A stretch of DNA of 64,000 bases from Mobula hypostoma (lineage: Eukaryota): assembly GCF_963921235.1 (NCBI RefSeq), contig NC_086097.1:202494001-202558000 (forward strand), written 5' to 3'. Each line of letters opens with the position of its first letter. Within the stretch, counting starts at the first letter, position 1. Both the position numbers and the translations under genes were made by a program. Positions 13,324 through 25,622 of the stretch are shown here, piece after piece. The notes beneath the pieces are model-generated. The model made no database searches. It was not told the DNA's origin and was given only the letters and a program-made list of their open reading frames with translations.

Positions 13324-15666
13324 GATTTCTAAATTACATTCGTGAACATTTGTTGAACTTCCACTTATACATTGAAAGCCTTTCCCAGAATTGTGTACCA
13401 TTAAATTATGCTTATTTTGCAGTCAAATATTTTCAACATTCATACAAGATACATAAGTGGCATTCTTGATACATGTCTGGAAAAGCACCAGGATTTAGGA
13501 TTACTTTGAAAAGCAATGCAAATCCCAATTTTATCAGCATCTCCCTTGATTTCTCTCATCTGCTTCCTCAAGGAGCTCATTACTTCTTTACCTCTAATGC
13601 TGTTACCAGTCATACAGCTACCTCCACTGCCTCACCTCTTTCCTGCTACTTAATGAACATTTTAGGTATCTAACTGTAAACCCAAACATTTTCCAGTACT
13701 TGAATTAGTCCATAAGTTGTTTATATATTTCATTTGTAAATCAAAATAAAGATAAAAGCTGCAGATGCATTTTAAGAACCATTTCAATGTGCACATGAAC
13801 AGGCAGAGAATGCAGTGATGAGGACCAGGTGCAGGCAGATGGCTTTAGTTTAAATTAGCATCAGGATCTGCACAGACATTGAGGATAGAAGGCCCTGTTC
13901 TTGTGCTGTACTGTTCAATGTCCTGTGCTGGAAATCTGAAAATACTGAAACAGTCAGATGGTCAGGCAACATCTGGAGAGAGAGTAAAGGTTTCAGATCC
14001 AGGATTATTCCACCGCACTGCTTTTCTTTCCGCAGATGCTGTCTGTCTTGAATGTTTCGATCACTATAAGTTTTTGTCCTATATTTTATTGTTCATGATT
14101 CCCATCTGCTGTTCTCCACTGTCAGACTAATCTGCCTTCATGTCTCCCAAGCTGACTGATGGGTTTATGGCTTATTTCCTCTCCTCAGGTGCTCTGAACC
14201 TTGAAAGCAAAACCACCTCCCAATTTCCTTGTATCTACTGTCTGATTGACAGATGGGAGTGTCCTAAGTTAAATTGTTTTAGGTGTCAGAGTTGGTCTCT
14301 TTGTAAGTCTCAGTGTGCAGAGGTAAATAACCTTCCTCACACCAAAGTGATATTTAAGTGCTGCAACAGTCTACCACAGAAAAACTATGAAAGGCAACAG
14401 AAAATATGTTTAAAAATAAGGATCCTCTATTTAATAATGGCCATGGTTGGCATAGACTTCTGTTGTAGCATTTGGTAGTATATTTCTGCTCAATTTGTTT
14501 TAACTGTACTGACTGCTCCACAGATCTGATATCCCGTAAATTTCAAATGTGTAACTTCCCCGGAACTCAGCCAGCTTCAAAATTCAGCAGAACTGTGCCT
14601 TTAGAAATTGGGTGGGTGCAAATGCAAATTCAAATTCAGGATGGTGATAGCTGAACCCACACATCTGTAATACATCCACTGCAATTTGAAGAAATTTATA
14701 CACAAGTCTGAAATGAAAGCCAAATCAAAATTGAAACATTATGAACAGAATATATAAATTAAAACATGTCAAGTAGTGTAAGTTGTCTCATCTTCATCCT
14801 ATATAATGGTACCTGTTTTCTACTTACCTTGTACTCTTCGTACAACCTCAGGGCTGCAGAATCCTGACATCTGCAGATAACCTTGCAGGATGACCTCAAG
14901 CTGTTTCAGGCAAAGATAGCCCAGCTTCAGGCTGCAAATTCTCATGAGTGACAGCAGTCTGGGCTTGATGGGCTTGAAAGAAAATGACAGGTACAGTGAC
15001 AGGGTTGGGATCATAAATTCAGTCATCCTGCCACATATTCTGTTCCTTTCAACAGCTGTAATGATTTATCAAAAGACAGATCATCAAACTAGCCTGGCAC
15101 AATGCAATCTCCTTAGAACATTGAATTCCAGTTATGATGCCAACCACCTGGGTTACTAAGGCATTGCTTGCAATCCGAGCTCTCACTACATCACCCAAAT
15201 GTTAGTTGTTTTTTTCTCTTGTACTATTTTGGAAACTGAGACATCACCTATCAAATGCTTCATAGTGGAGGAGTTTGCTTGTATGCGAATGAAATCCCAT
15301 GCCAAGTAGACCGATACATTACATGTAGTACCATACAGGAATAGTGAGATCAGTGTGTGCATTCAGGTTGCAATTGATGGCACCCGTGAGGGTGTGATGC
15401 ATGTTATCACTGGGAATTCTGACCAATTGAGAATGTAGTTGGATGAGTGATGGAGGTGTTGTGGCTTGAATGCTCTCTGCAGTTAGGATGAATTTGATAG
15501 ATTAAGGCATATGAAGGTTTATTTACTAACCTATGTACATGAGTTCATACAACTTTGTATGGTATTGTGTTCAGGTGCCCATGATGACTTCTGCTATTCA
15601 TGTCCACAGACATCCCCAAACTTCTGTGTACCTGAGGAATTACTGGGCCTCTTGAAACAATGTATA

Positions 15667-17265
15667 CAGTGGCATGCAAAAGTTTGGGCACCCCTGGTCA
15701 AAATTTCTGTTACTGTGAATAGCTAAGCGAGTAAAAGATGACCTGATCTCCAAAGGGCATAAAGTTAAAGATGACACATTTCTCTAATATTTTAAGCAAG
15801 ATTACTTTTTTATTTCCATCTTTTACAGTTCCAAAATAACAAAAAAGGAAAAGGGTCCAAAGCAAAAGTTTGGGCACCCTGCATGGCAGTACTTAGTAAC
15901 ACCCCCTTTGGCAAGTATCACAGCTTGTAAATGCTTTCTGTAGCCAGCTAAGAGTCTTTCAATTCTTGTTTGGGGGATTTTTTCCCATTCTTCCTTGCAA
16001 AAGGCTTCTAGTTCTGTGAGATTCTTGGGCCGTCTTGCATGCACTGCTCTTTTGAGGTCTATCCACGGATTCTCAATGATGTTTAGGTCAGGGGACTGTG
16101 AGGGCCATGGCAAAACCTTCAGCTTGCGCTTCTTGAGGTAGTCCATTGTGGATTTTGAGGTGTGTTTAAGATCATTATCCTGTGTAGAAGCCATCCTCTT
16201 TTCATTTTCAGCTTTCTTAAAAACGGTGTGATGTTTGCTTCCAGAATTTGCTGTTATTTACAGGTGTCCCCCGCTTTCTGAACGTTCTGTTTACGACATT
16301 TCGCTTTTACAAAAGACCTACATTAGTACCTGTTTTTGTTAACCAAAAGAGGATTTTGGCTTTTATGAAAAAAGACGCTCGCTTTAAACTCGTGTTTACC
16401 CCAAGAAAGACTACCATGACCATGAGGCCTTGCGCGGGCAGGTGTGTGTGCATGCGTGACGTGCAAATGTGTGTAGGTGCGCATGCGTGACATACGTGTA
16501 TGTGTGAATGCGTGACATGCACGTCTGTACGTACCGATTTTTTTTTCAACAAATCGATTTTGGCTCAAACTTTCCGATTCTGTTAAGTGAAACTACACTG
16601 TACATACATTATTTCTACTTTATATAGGCTGTGTATTTATCATATCATTCCTTCTTGTACTATATGTTAGTATTATTTTCGGTTTTGTGCTATTTGGTAT
16701 GATTTGGTAGGTTATTTTTTGGGTCTGGGAACGCTCAAAAAATCTTCCCATATAAATTAATGGTAATTGCTTCTTCGCTTTACACCATTCGGCTTAAGAA
16801 CGGTTTCAGAGGAATGCTCTACATTTAGATAGCGGGAGAAACCTGTAATTGAATTCATTCTTCCCTCTACCAGTGAAATGTTCCCCGTGCCACTGACTGC
16901 AACACAAGCCCAAAGCATGATCGATCCACCCCCGTGCTTAACAGTTGGAGAGGTGTTCTTTCCATGAAATTCTGCACCCTTTTTTCTCCAAACATACCTT
17001 TGCTCATTGCAGCCAAAAAGTTCTATTTTAACTTCATCAGTCCACAGGACTTGTTTCCAAAATGCATCAGGCTTGTTTAGATGTTCCTTTGCAAACTTCT
17101 GAAGCTGAATTTTGTGGTGAGGATGCAGGAAAGGTTTTCTTCTGATGACTCTTCCATGAAGGTCATATTTGTGCAGGTGTCGCTGCACAGTAGAACAGTG
17201 TACTACCACTCCAGAGTCTGCTAAATCTTCCTGAAGGTCTTTTGCAGTCAAACGTGGGTTTTGAA
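15667..17265 (-). mobile_element. Tc1-family DNA transposon (DD34E transposase pseudogene), one end missing
   Basis: TA then terminal repeat CAGTGGCATGCAAAAGTTTGGGCACCC, with inner direct repeat at about 15862-15880; transposase motifs WTDEVK, HGGGSIMLW, QDNDLKH, WPSQSPDLNIIEN, KGGVTKY. Confidence 0.93.
16261..16845. mobile_element. Tigger/pogo-like MITE nested in the Tc1 transposase
   Basis: TA duplication at 16259-60 and 16846-47; imperfect TIRs CAGGTGTCCCCCGCT and reverse complement CAGGTTTCTCCCGCT. Confidence 0.85.
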
Positions 17266-17413
17266 CAGGCACTGGCAATCTGGAATGTTGCTTGTATTGA
17301 GACAAAAGACAATTGAATAATTCAATATTTGCAGTACAGTCGCACTGCAGGTAGTGCACAGTACCAGTAGCCTGGCTTCAATATGCTTGGAGTTTGCATA
17401 TTCACTCTGTGAC

Positions 17414-17507
17414 TGCAGGCCAGGCAACATCTATGGAAAAGAGTAAACATTCAACGTTTCAGGCTGAGACCTGCATCAGGACTGATGAAGGGTGTCAGCC
17501 CAAAATG
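17414..17507. mobile_element. Penelope-derived hammerhead-motif repeat fragment
   Basis: Same family as 10757 and 17985; inverted, degenerate CTGATG(A/C)-stem-(G/A)AAA motifs. Confidence 0.6.
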
Positions 17508-17984
17508 CATAGGCTGCATGGATTTGCCTTAGATACCTCATTTTTTCCCATATTCCAACTATCTGTGATTTATTATGTTAATTGCCTCTGCCATTGCCCC
17601 TAGTGTATGTAGAGAATCAGGGGGTGTTAAAGGGCATGTGTAAAAGTATAGATTATGGGAAGTAAGTGGGGGAAGGGATTGATAGAATTACTCAGAAAGC
17701 CAGTATTAATTGATGGGTTGAATAGTTTCCAATGATGGAAAGAATTCTTGCACCTGTATTCACTGCTATCAAATTTAACTACCCTTGTATATTTCCTTTG
17801 AGCATTCTTGTGATCTGCTAGATTAGACCCTATTAGTAACATTTTTAGTAAGGATCATCAGTGATGAATGTGCTGTGTAGTTTTCTCTTCTGTGGAACAG
17901 ACACTGCAAATGGAACTCCTTTCTTGACATAATTTTTCTGGATGTCCAAGATGTGGCTTTATACGCATGAGAAAGTCTACAGAA

Positions 17985-18157
17985 TCTGGAAATCTAAGAA
18001 ACACACAAAATGATGGAGGAACTCAGCAGGCCAGGCAGCAGCAATGGAAAAGAGTAAACAGTTGGCATTTTGGGCTGAGACCCTTCATCAGTCCTGATGA
18101 AGGTCTCGGCCTGAAACACCGAATGTTTACTCTTTTCCATAGACGCTGCCTAGCCTG
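17985..18157. mobile_element. Palindromic Penelope-derived short element
   Basis: Inverted arms centred on CCCTTCATCAG-TC-CTGATGAAGG. Confidence 0.7.
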
Positions 18158-18711
18158 GTGTGGCTTTATTCAATTTATTCTTTCCTCATCCTGGTACAAT
18201 GTAGGCACTTGTTTCCTTCTGGAAAATGGAAGCAAGTGGGAAATGATTGACATTTTCATAGCAACTTGCTTCTAGTAAGGAGTCACTGCTGAGTGTACCA
18301 CATGAATTTGGCAGAGGCAGCTTGGAGTTACCTCTTACTACTTCCTGAGTATCCTGCTACTCTGGCAGTATTGAGTTGGTGGGCTCTCATGTTCAGAAGT
18401 TCATTTGGCCTTGCTTGGACTAATGGATGCAACCTGATCCTAAAGGGTCTGAAACACAACTTTCATGGAAGCTGTGATCCTGCTGTGATCTATTTTGTCT
18501 CTATTATCTTGGGAATTATATCCTATACCCAGTGGTAAAGGAAATGCAAATTAGTGCGAAGCCTCCTCATATCTTGGGACTTGCAACATAATGTTGCAAT
18601 CACTCTACTGATGCTGCAGATATTGCAAAGCTTCAGTTCTTTGGCTATTAACTTCCATGGTGCATTTTGCATTGAAAGCACTGTGGATGTTTGTCATTCA
18701 TAGAAAAATTG

Positions 18712-19274
18712 CACACTGGCTACTTAATTAGTTAACTCCTGTACGTAATAAAGTGGCTACTGAGTGTATGTCTGTGGTCTTCTGCTGCTGTAGCCTGTTC
18801 ACTTCAAGGTTCAATGTATTGTGCATTCAGAGATGTTCTTCTGCTCACCACTGTTGTAACATGAGATTATTTGAGTTACTGTCATCTTCCTCGCAGCTTG
18901 AACCAGTTTAGCAATTCTCCTCTGACCTCTTTCATTAACAAGACATTTTCACCCATAGACCTGCCACTCATTGGATGTTTTCTTTAATTTTGCACTATTC
19001 TTTGTAAACTCTAGAGAGTGTTGTGCATGAAAATGCCAGGAGATCAACACTTTCTAAAATACTGAAAACCACCCTGTCTGGCACCAACAATCATTCCACC
19101 ATCAAAATCACTGAGGTCACATTTCTTCCCCATTCTGGTGTCTGGTCTGAGCAACTGAATCTCTTGACCATGTTTGTGTGCTGTTATGCATTGAGTTGCC
19201 ACATGATTGCCTGATTGGATATTTGCATTATCGAGCTGATGTACAGATGTACCTGATAAAGTGGTGACTGAGTG
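18712..19274 (-). mobile_element. Internally deleted Tc1-like element (N-terminal HTH remnant)
   Basis: Minus frame MGKKCDLSDFDGGMIVGARQGG; terminal ...ATAAAGTGGTGACTGAGTG then TA, with a related repeat at about 18747-18768. Confidence 0.8.
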
Positions 19275-19351
19275 TAATTTTGAAATGTTCCCCAGAGGGT
19301 GCCTTCTGTACAACAGGCACGTACCCAGTAACATAATATTTTTCTTTTCAG

Positions 19352-19517
19352 ACTCAGGGGGCAGGATCTCCTCGTTCATCACCAAGCCACACCATTAGTC
19401 GATCAGTTCCTATTCCAATGCCAATCAGATCAACCTCTGCCTGTTCAACTCCAACTCATACACCTCAAGATTCATTGACAGGGGTTGGAGGAGATGTACA
19501 GGAAGCATTTGCTCAGA
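19352..19517 (+). CDS. DTNA: alpha-dystrobrevin exon (Ser/Pro-rich linker)
   Basis: ttcag/gtgagt, 166 nt; [55 protein letters not shown]. Confidence 0.97.
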
Positions 19518-19714
19518 GTGAGTTATTCTCAAAACTATTTTTGAAAAAATTGTAGAAGAATTTGCCTTGAATTAGATTTCATTTGATGCAAATTGCATAT
19601 GAGATAATTTAAGAGCAGGATCTCCTGAACTTACTACAAAAGGGACAATAGCAGTGATGATTGGTTGCTTTTATGGACTGAAGGAATGTATAAAGTTCTC
19701 GAATAGCTGACATA

Positions 19715-20213
19715 CGAAGGGTGATTGAAAAGTTCGTGGCCTAAGGTAGAAGGAATCAATTTTAGAAAATCTAGCACATTTATTTTTCAACATAGTCCCC
19801 TCCTACATTTACACACTTAGTCCAGCGGTCGTGGAGCATATGGATCCCTTCTTTGTAGAAGTCGGTGTCTTGGACCTCCAGAAGTGGTCCACAGCAGGTG
19901 TGATTGATAAGTTCCTGGCTGAAGGTAAAAGGAGATGAGTAATACAGCTCTCGTTACATGCACGTGCAGTTCAACTCTTTGAGTGAAAGTGCAGAAAGTT
20001 TGAAGTTAATAACCCATCTCCTTCTACCTTAGGCCACGAACTTATCTATCACCCCTGCTGTGGACCACTTCTGGGAGGTCTGGGATCCATATGCTCCACG
20101 ACCGCTGGACTAAATGTGTAAATGTAGGAGGGGTCTATGTTGAAAAATAAATGTGCTAGGCTTTCTAAAATTGACTCCTTCTACCTTAGGCCAGAACTTA
20201 TCAATCACCCCCT
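19715..20213. mobile_element. Mariner-derived fold-back MITE
   Basis: TA flanks; terminal unit CGA(A/G)GGGTGATTGA(A/T)AAGTTCGTGGCCTAAGGTAGAAGGA repeated twice forward and twice reverse; long inverted arms. Confidence 0.88.
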
Positions 20214-20557
20214 TAGGACCACTGTTTTTTGTTATAAATTGCCTTTATTTGCATATACAGGGCAATATTTCAATTGTTGTGGATAATAGTAATATATAAC
20301 AGGCTTCAAAGAGACACAAACATAGTTATGTGGGTAGACAGGTAGTGAATAAAATTAACTAAGAGAAGTTGCACATAAATGGAATAATCAGGCAAAGAGA
20401 CATTTTAAAAAAAGGTGCAATTTTAAAGAGGGTGCTGGAAAGGGACAGTTATCTGTACTTCAAATAAACCAAATAATAGACTGAGGAAACTGTTAAAAAG
20501 CATCTGAGATTCTAAGTGTTATAACAGATGAATATTTAACAAAGAGGAAAAGAAAGT

Positions 20558-20880
20558 ATGGCACTGTTGCATATAATGCAGCTGTCTCACAGCTCCAATG
20601 ACCCGGTCCTCAACTCCGGTGATTTGTTCAACTCTAGCTTCTGGTGTTGTGTATGTGTGCATATGAGTGTGTGAAATTTGTACATTCTCTCTGTGACTAT
20701 TCTGTGCTACAATTTCCTCACACATCCCGAACGTGTGCTGGTTATCAGATTAAGTGGCCACTTTATAATTCCCATTGTAAGTATCTTGTGAGAAACTCAG
20801 AGTTGTGGAAATCGGCATGTGTGAGAGAATAGGTTATGGAGTAATGCGATTCCCCTGAGGGCTGACATAGGCTCTTCAAG
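20558..20880 (+). mobile_element. V-SINE-like element inside a degenerate CR1 fragment (about 20215-21270)
   Basis: Head-like CTCACAGCTCCAATGACCCGG and V-domain-like GAAATTTGTACATTCTCTCTGTGACT...CACATCCC; related minus copies near 24480-24770 and 47820-48075. Confidence 0.6.
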
Positions 20881-21284
20881 CGGAATGCCATCTTCCCACA
20901 TTTTTCAAATATGAGAGGTTTGCCAAACATTTATAAAGCACTGGTTTGGACTCATTTTGGAATATACATTGTGTTCCGTTTTTGACAGATGATTTGGACC
21001 ATTATGGCATTGGTTTCTGAGGATGCAGAGGAGATGAGGTGAAATAGTACCAAGGAAAAGGGACTTCACATATGTGGATAAGATGAGCGCTAGCAAGACA
21101 GTCTACAATGAGATGATGAAAGCAGATTCAATAGTATTCTCCTAAAGAGAAGGAAATAAATATGTAAAGGGAAAAAAATGGTTTACAGGGTTATAGGTGG
21201 AGGGATTGTAAAGTCAAGACACAAACATGGTGTGTAGTTGAGCAAGTACCGTGGATGAAAGGCATTTTTTATTGTGCTGTGTCA

Positions 21285-22150
21285 GAAACAGAATTAGGTT
21301 ATTATCACTGAACTGTTTCATGAAATTTGTTGTTTTGTGACAGCAGAACATTACAAGGCACAAAAATTATTGTAAGTTACAAAAATAAAAAAATACTATG
21401 TCAGAAAAAATAGTGCAAAAGATGAAAAATGTTCAGAAATCTGACGATGGAGGAAAAAAAGTTGTTTTTAAAACATTGGGTATAGGTTTTCATGCTCCTG
21501 TACCTGCTTCCCAATAGTAGTAACACAGAAGACTCCTGTCCTACATGGTGAGAGTATTTAATGATCTCTTGAGGCACTGCCTCTTGAAGGTGTCCTCAGT
21601 GGTTTGAAGGGTTGTGCCCATGATGGAGCTGGCCCAAGTCTACATTCCAGTGCAGTCCCTTGTGATCCTGGCCATTGGAGCTTCCATACCAAGCTAAGAT
21701 GCAACCAGCCAGAATACTCTCCACTGTAGAAACCCGTAATAGCCTGTGGGGAAGTGCCAAATCACCTCAATCACCTCATGAAGTAAAGACAGAGATGTGC
21801 TGCCTTTGTGTTTGCATCCGTCTATTGATTCCACAGTAGGTCCTCCAAGATGTTGATGCGCAAGAATTTGAAACTGCTCACCCTTGCCACCACTGAGCCC
21901 CAAATGAGGACTGGTGTGTGTTTTCTCAACTTCCCCTTCCTGAAATCCACAATCAATTCTTCAGTCTTTCTGATGTTCAATTCAAGGTTGTTGCTGTCGT
22001 TGTTGTAACATCACTTAACCAGCCAATCTATCTCACTCCTGTACGCTTTCCTGTCGACATTTGGGATTCTGGCAACGAAGGTGGTGTGATCAGATACTAT
22101 TTGAGCTGTGTCGAGCCATATTGTCATGAGTGTAGAGCACTAGAGCAGTA
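21285..22150 (-). mobile_element. Rex1/Babar-like LINE 3' fragment
   Basis: Reverse-complement tail AGAATTAGGTTTATT; degenerate C-terminal text similar to 51286-52490. Confidence 0.7.
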
Positions 22151-22212
22151 TGAAGAATGAGAAATTGTTTCTTAAACCAATCTAAACATTACTGTATTGT
22201 TTTTTTTTGCAG

Positions 22213-22302
22213 GTTCCAGGAGAAATCTGAGAAATGACCTGTTAGTGGCAGCAGATTCCATTACAAATACAATGTCCTCTTTGGTAAAAGAGTTGAATTC
22301 AG
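22213..22302 (+). CDS. DTNA: alpha-dystrobrevin exon
   Basis: tgcag/gtatgt, 90 nt; (S)[29 protein letters not shown]. Confidence 0.97.
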
Positions 22303-22989
22303 GTATGTAATCATAATCAGTTCAGGTGACCCCCGCCTTGTGTAGTGGTGTATTCTTTGAAAAGGGGTCGTATTATGTTTTTCTATAATGTGAATCCATG
22401 TCATCCATGCATATGTCAAGAAACTCATTTAAAAATAGCATTGATTTATTTATGTTTATGCACATAAATTTCATAACAATGAATTTTATTCTGTATGGAT
22501 AGTGTTTTTGTTAGTGATTTAAAATTTATGTATCACAAACTCCATAATTTGGAGGTTGCATGTATGAAGTGTTTCCACTGTAATTCTCATGTTCTCCTAG
22601 TACATTAGTATTATTGGTCTTGTGATGAAAAGGAGGTATGAGTGTTTTGATCAATCATGATACATCTTTTGCATTATGTTTCTTCTTTTCCCCATACCTC
22701 TTCAGTTTTTTTATGTCCAGTAGTTGTTTCTGAACGTGATCAGTGACTGAGCCACCCTGTAGCTCTTTGGGTGGTGAATTCCAAGCTTCTTCACACTCTG
22801 AATGAAAGAATTTTCCCTCCTTTCAGAAATGAAAGGCCAGCCCTTTATTGTAAATTTTGCCTTTGGTACTTATTTTTTGGACATTTTATTTACCTCCTTC
22901 CATGAAAACTCGCATAATATACTTGTTTAATTCCTCTACCATTTTCTTATTCCCCATTATCTTTAATATGTTAGTTCTTTCATATGTTA

Positions 22990-23361
22990 GTTCTTTCTTT
23001 GGGGATTTGGGCATCACTGACAAGGCATCTCTAATTATCCTTAAGCTGAATAGTTTATAGGATATTTCAACAAATACTTGGGAATATCCTCTGAAGTACT
23101 TCTGGAATCACATATGGGCCAGACCAGGTAAGGATGACAAATTTGCACCCTTGAAAGACGATAGTGAGCCATATGGGTTCTTTAATGCAAGAATTTTTGT
23201 AGTCTCTTTGCTGAGAATAGATGTTGTCACTTTTCCAGAATCCTCATCATTAGTTGAATTTAAATTCCAAAACTGCAATGATAGGATATAAACTTGGATT
23301 CCTGGATTGTTAGTCCAAGCTTCTGGATTAATCATATGTTAATTTAGCTACTATGCCACTG
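22990..23361 (-). mobile_element. Deu-domain SINE (SacSINE1/AmnSINE-like)
   Basis: Minus strand GCTCACTATCGTCTTTCAAGGGTGCAAATTTGTCATCCTTACCTGGTCTGGCCCATATGTGATTCCAG resembles the Deu-domain core as I recall it. Confidence 0.65.
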
Positions 23362-23514
23362 AAGTAGTTTTTACATAATTTAAAAACTCTGATTTTTGCT
23401 ATTTTATCTTGTATTCTGTGTTGGATCACTTTTGCAGTTGTCCATTCAAGAACCATTGTCGCATTTTGTTAATTATTTATATAAATGCTAGCCGTCTCTG
23501 ATCAACTGCCATAA

Positions 23515-24145
23515 CATAGAACATAGGAACATAGTATAACACAGGAACAGGCCCTTCGGCCCACAATGCTGTGCCAAGCCAATTAAATTAATAATCAAAT
23601 GGCCAACTAAGCTAATCTTTTCTGCCTACAGAATATCTATATCCTTCCATTTCCCTCACATGCTTGTGCCTATCTAAATGTCTCTTAAAAGTCCCTAATG
23701 GACCTGTCGATACCACCACCCCAAGCAGTGCATCCCAGGCACCCATCAGTCACTTAGTAAAAAACCTTGCCCCTCACATTTCCTTTGAAATTGCCCTCTA
23801 TCACCTTAAATGCATGCCCTCTGGTATTAAAACACTTCAACCCTGGGAATAAAATACTGTCTCTCAGCCTCCACTGCTCCAGGGAAAACAACCCAAATTT
23901 GTCCAGCCTCTCATAATAGCGTATGCCCTCTAATCCAAGCAGCATCCTGGTAAACTTCTGCACCCTCTCCAAAGCGTCAACATCCTTCCTGTAATGCGGC
24001 ATCCAGAACTGTATGCAATACTCCAGAGGCTGCCTAACAAGAGTTTTATAAAGCTGCAACATAACTTCCTGACTTTTGAACTCATTGCCTCAACTTAAAA
24101 AAAACATGCATGTCATGTGCCTTCTTAACTACCCTTTCAACCTGA
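23515..24145 (-). mobile_element. CR1 LINE 3' end
   Basis: MLQLYKTLVRQPLEYCIQFW...ALERVQK...TRGHAF. Confidence 0.9.
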
Positions 24146-25314
24146 AACTTTTAATGTAGTTTCCAATTCTACCCAGTAAACTTTGTCTTCTCTTCACAGT
24201 TTCATTTGTTTCGATTGATAACCAGAGTTTCAAATTAAGCAGCATTCAAGCAATGTAAAAATTCTAACCTATTGTCATTCTAAACTAGGAGTCCTTGTGT
24301 AACAAGAGTAGTCATAGTCATACTTTATTGATCCCGGGGGAAATTGGTTAAATTAATTAACTCTGCATAGAACTAGATCTAAAATAATGTGTTCATGAGG
24401 TAATTCATCAACATAGTGACCTGGTAGTCCATTGTATATAAATTCCAGGAATTCATCCTGTTCTTCGTAGATTTAAAGATAAAGATTTAAAGGTTAGCTT
24501 TATTTGTCATACATACACTGAAATATTGAAACACAGTGAAATACATTGTTTGCATCAAATCAAATCAGTGAGGATTGCGCCATGCAGCCCACAAGTGTCG
24601 CTATACTTGTGCCAACATAGCATGCCCAGAACCCTAACCATACATTTTCAGAATGTGAGAGGACAGCAGAGCATCTGGAGGAATCCCACATTGTCATGAC
24701 AAGAACATAAACTCCTTGCAGCAGTGGTGGAATTGAACCTAGGTCACTGATGTCATGCTAATGTATTCTGCCCAGTCTATATCTAGGTTGAAAACTCCCG
24801 TGATTTTTTAAAAATCCCTGTTACATACACTCTGATTTTCTCATTTACACTTGCTGTACATCGCAACTACTGTCTGGAGGCCTGTAAGTAACAAGGGCAA
24901 GAGCTTCTTCAGTGTTCTACCTATGCTGCTAATTGGCTTCAGTCGTCTAATTATACACCACGACTGGCTGAGATAGTACCCCTTCTAACTATTGATGTTA
25001 TCTCCAATTAGCAGCATGACACCACCTAATTTTCTATTTAGCCTGTTTTCTAAATCTCTAGTACCCTGAAAAGTTTCATTCCTAGCTTTGGACGTCCTGC
25101 AGCCATATTTCTGTATTGGCAATTGACAATACTCATTTACTATATTTGTGCTGTTAATTCATCCACCTTGTTACAAATGCAATATTTGTTTGATACAGTC
25201 CCTTTAAATTAATCTTTTGGCATTTGTCCATGCACTGACCTTATTGATCACATGAATAATTTTTCTTCCTTATTGAGCTTTTATGTCAGCAATGCAACTT
25301 CCCTCACTCTTTCA

Positions 25315-25622
25315 TAAACAAGAAATCCTTCAGATGCTGGAAGTCAAGAGTTTGCCTCGTATTGAAATTTTTTTTCGTATCCTTTTCATATTCTCTTTAC
25401 AAAGTAAACATACAGTGCACTCTGATACATTGAGTTGCAATTTTCTTTCAGAACTCAGCAGGCCAGGCAACATCTATGGGAAAGAGTAAACAGACTGATG
25501 AAGGGTCTTGGCCTCAAACATCAATTGTTTACTCTTTTCCATAGATGGTGCCTGGCCAACAGAGTTCCTCCAGCATTTTGTGTGTGTGTTGCTTGGATTT
25601 CTAGCATCTGCAGATTTTCTTA
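25315..25622. mobile_element. Palindromic Penelope-derived short element (degenerate hammerhead)
   Basis: Arms as at 10757; CTGATGAAGGGTCTTGGCCTCAAAC near 25495-25519. Confidence 0.6.
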
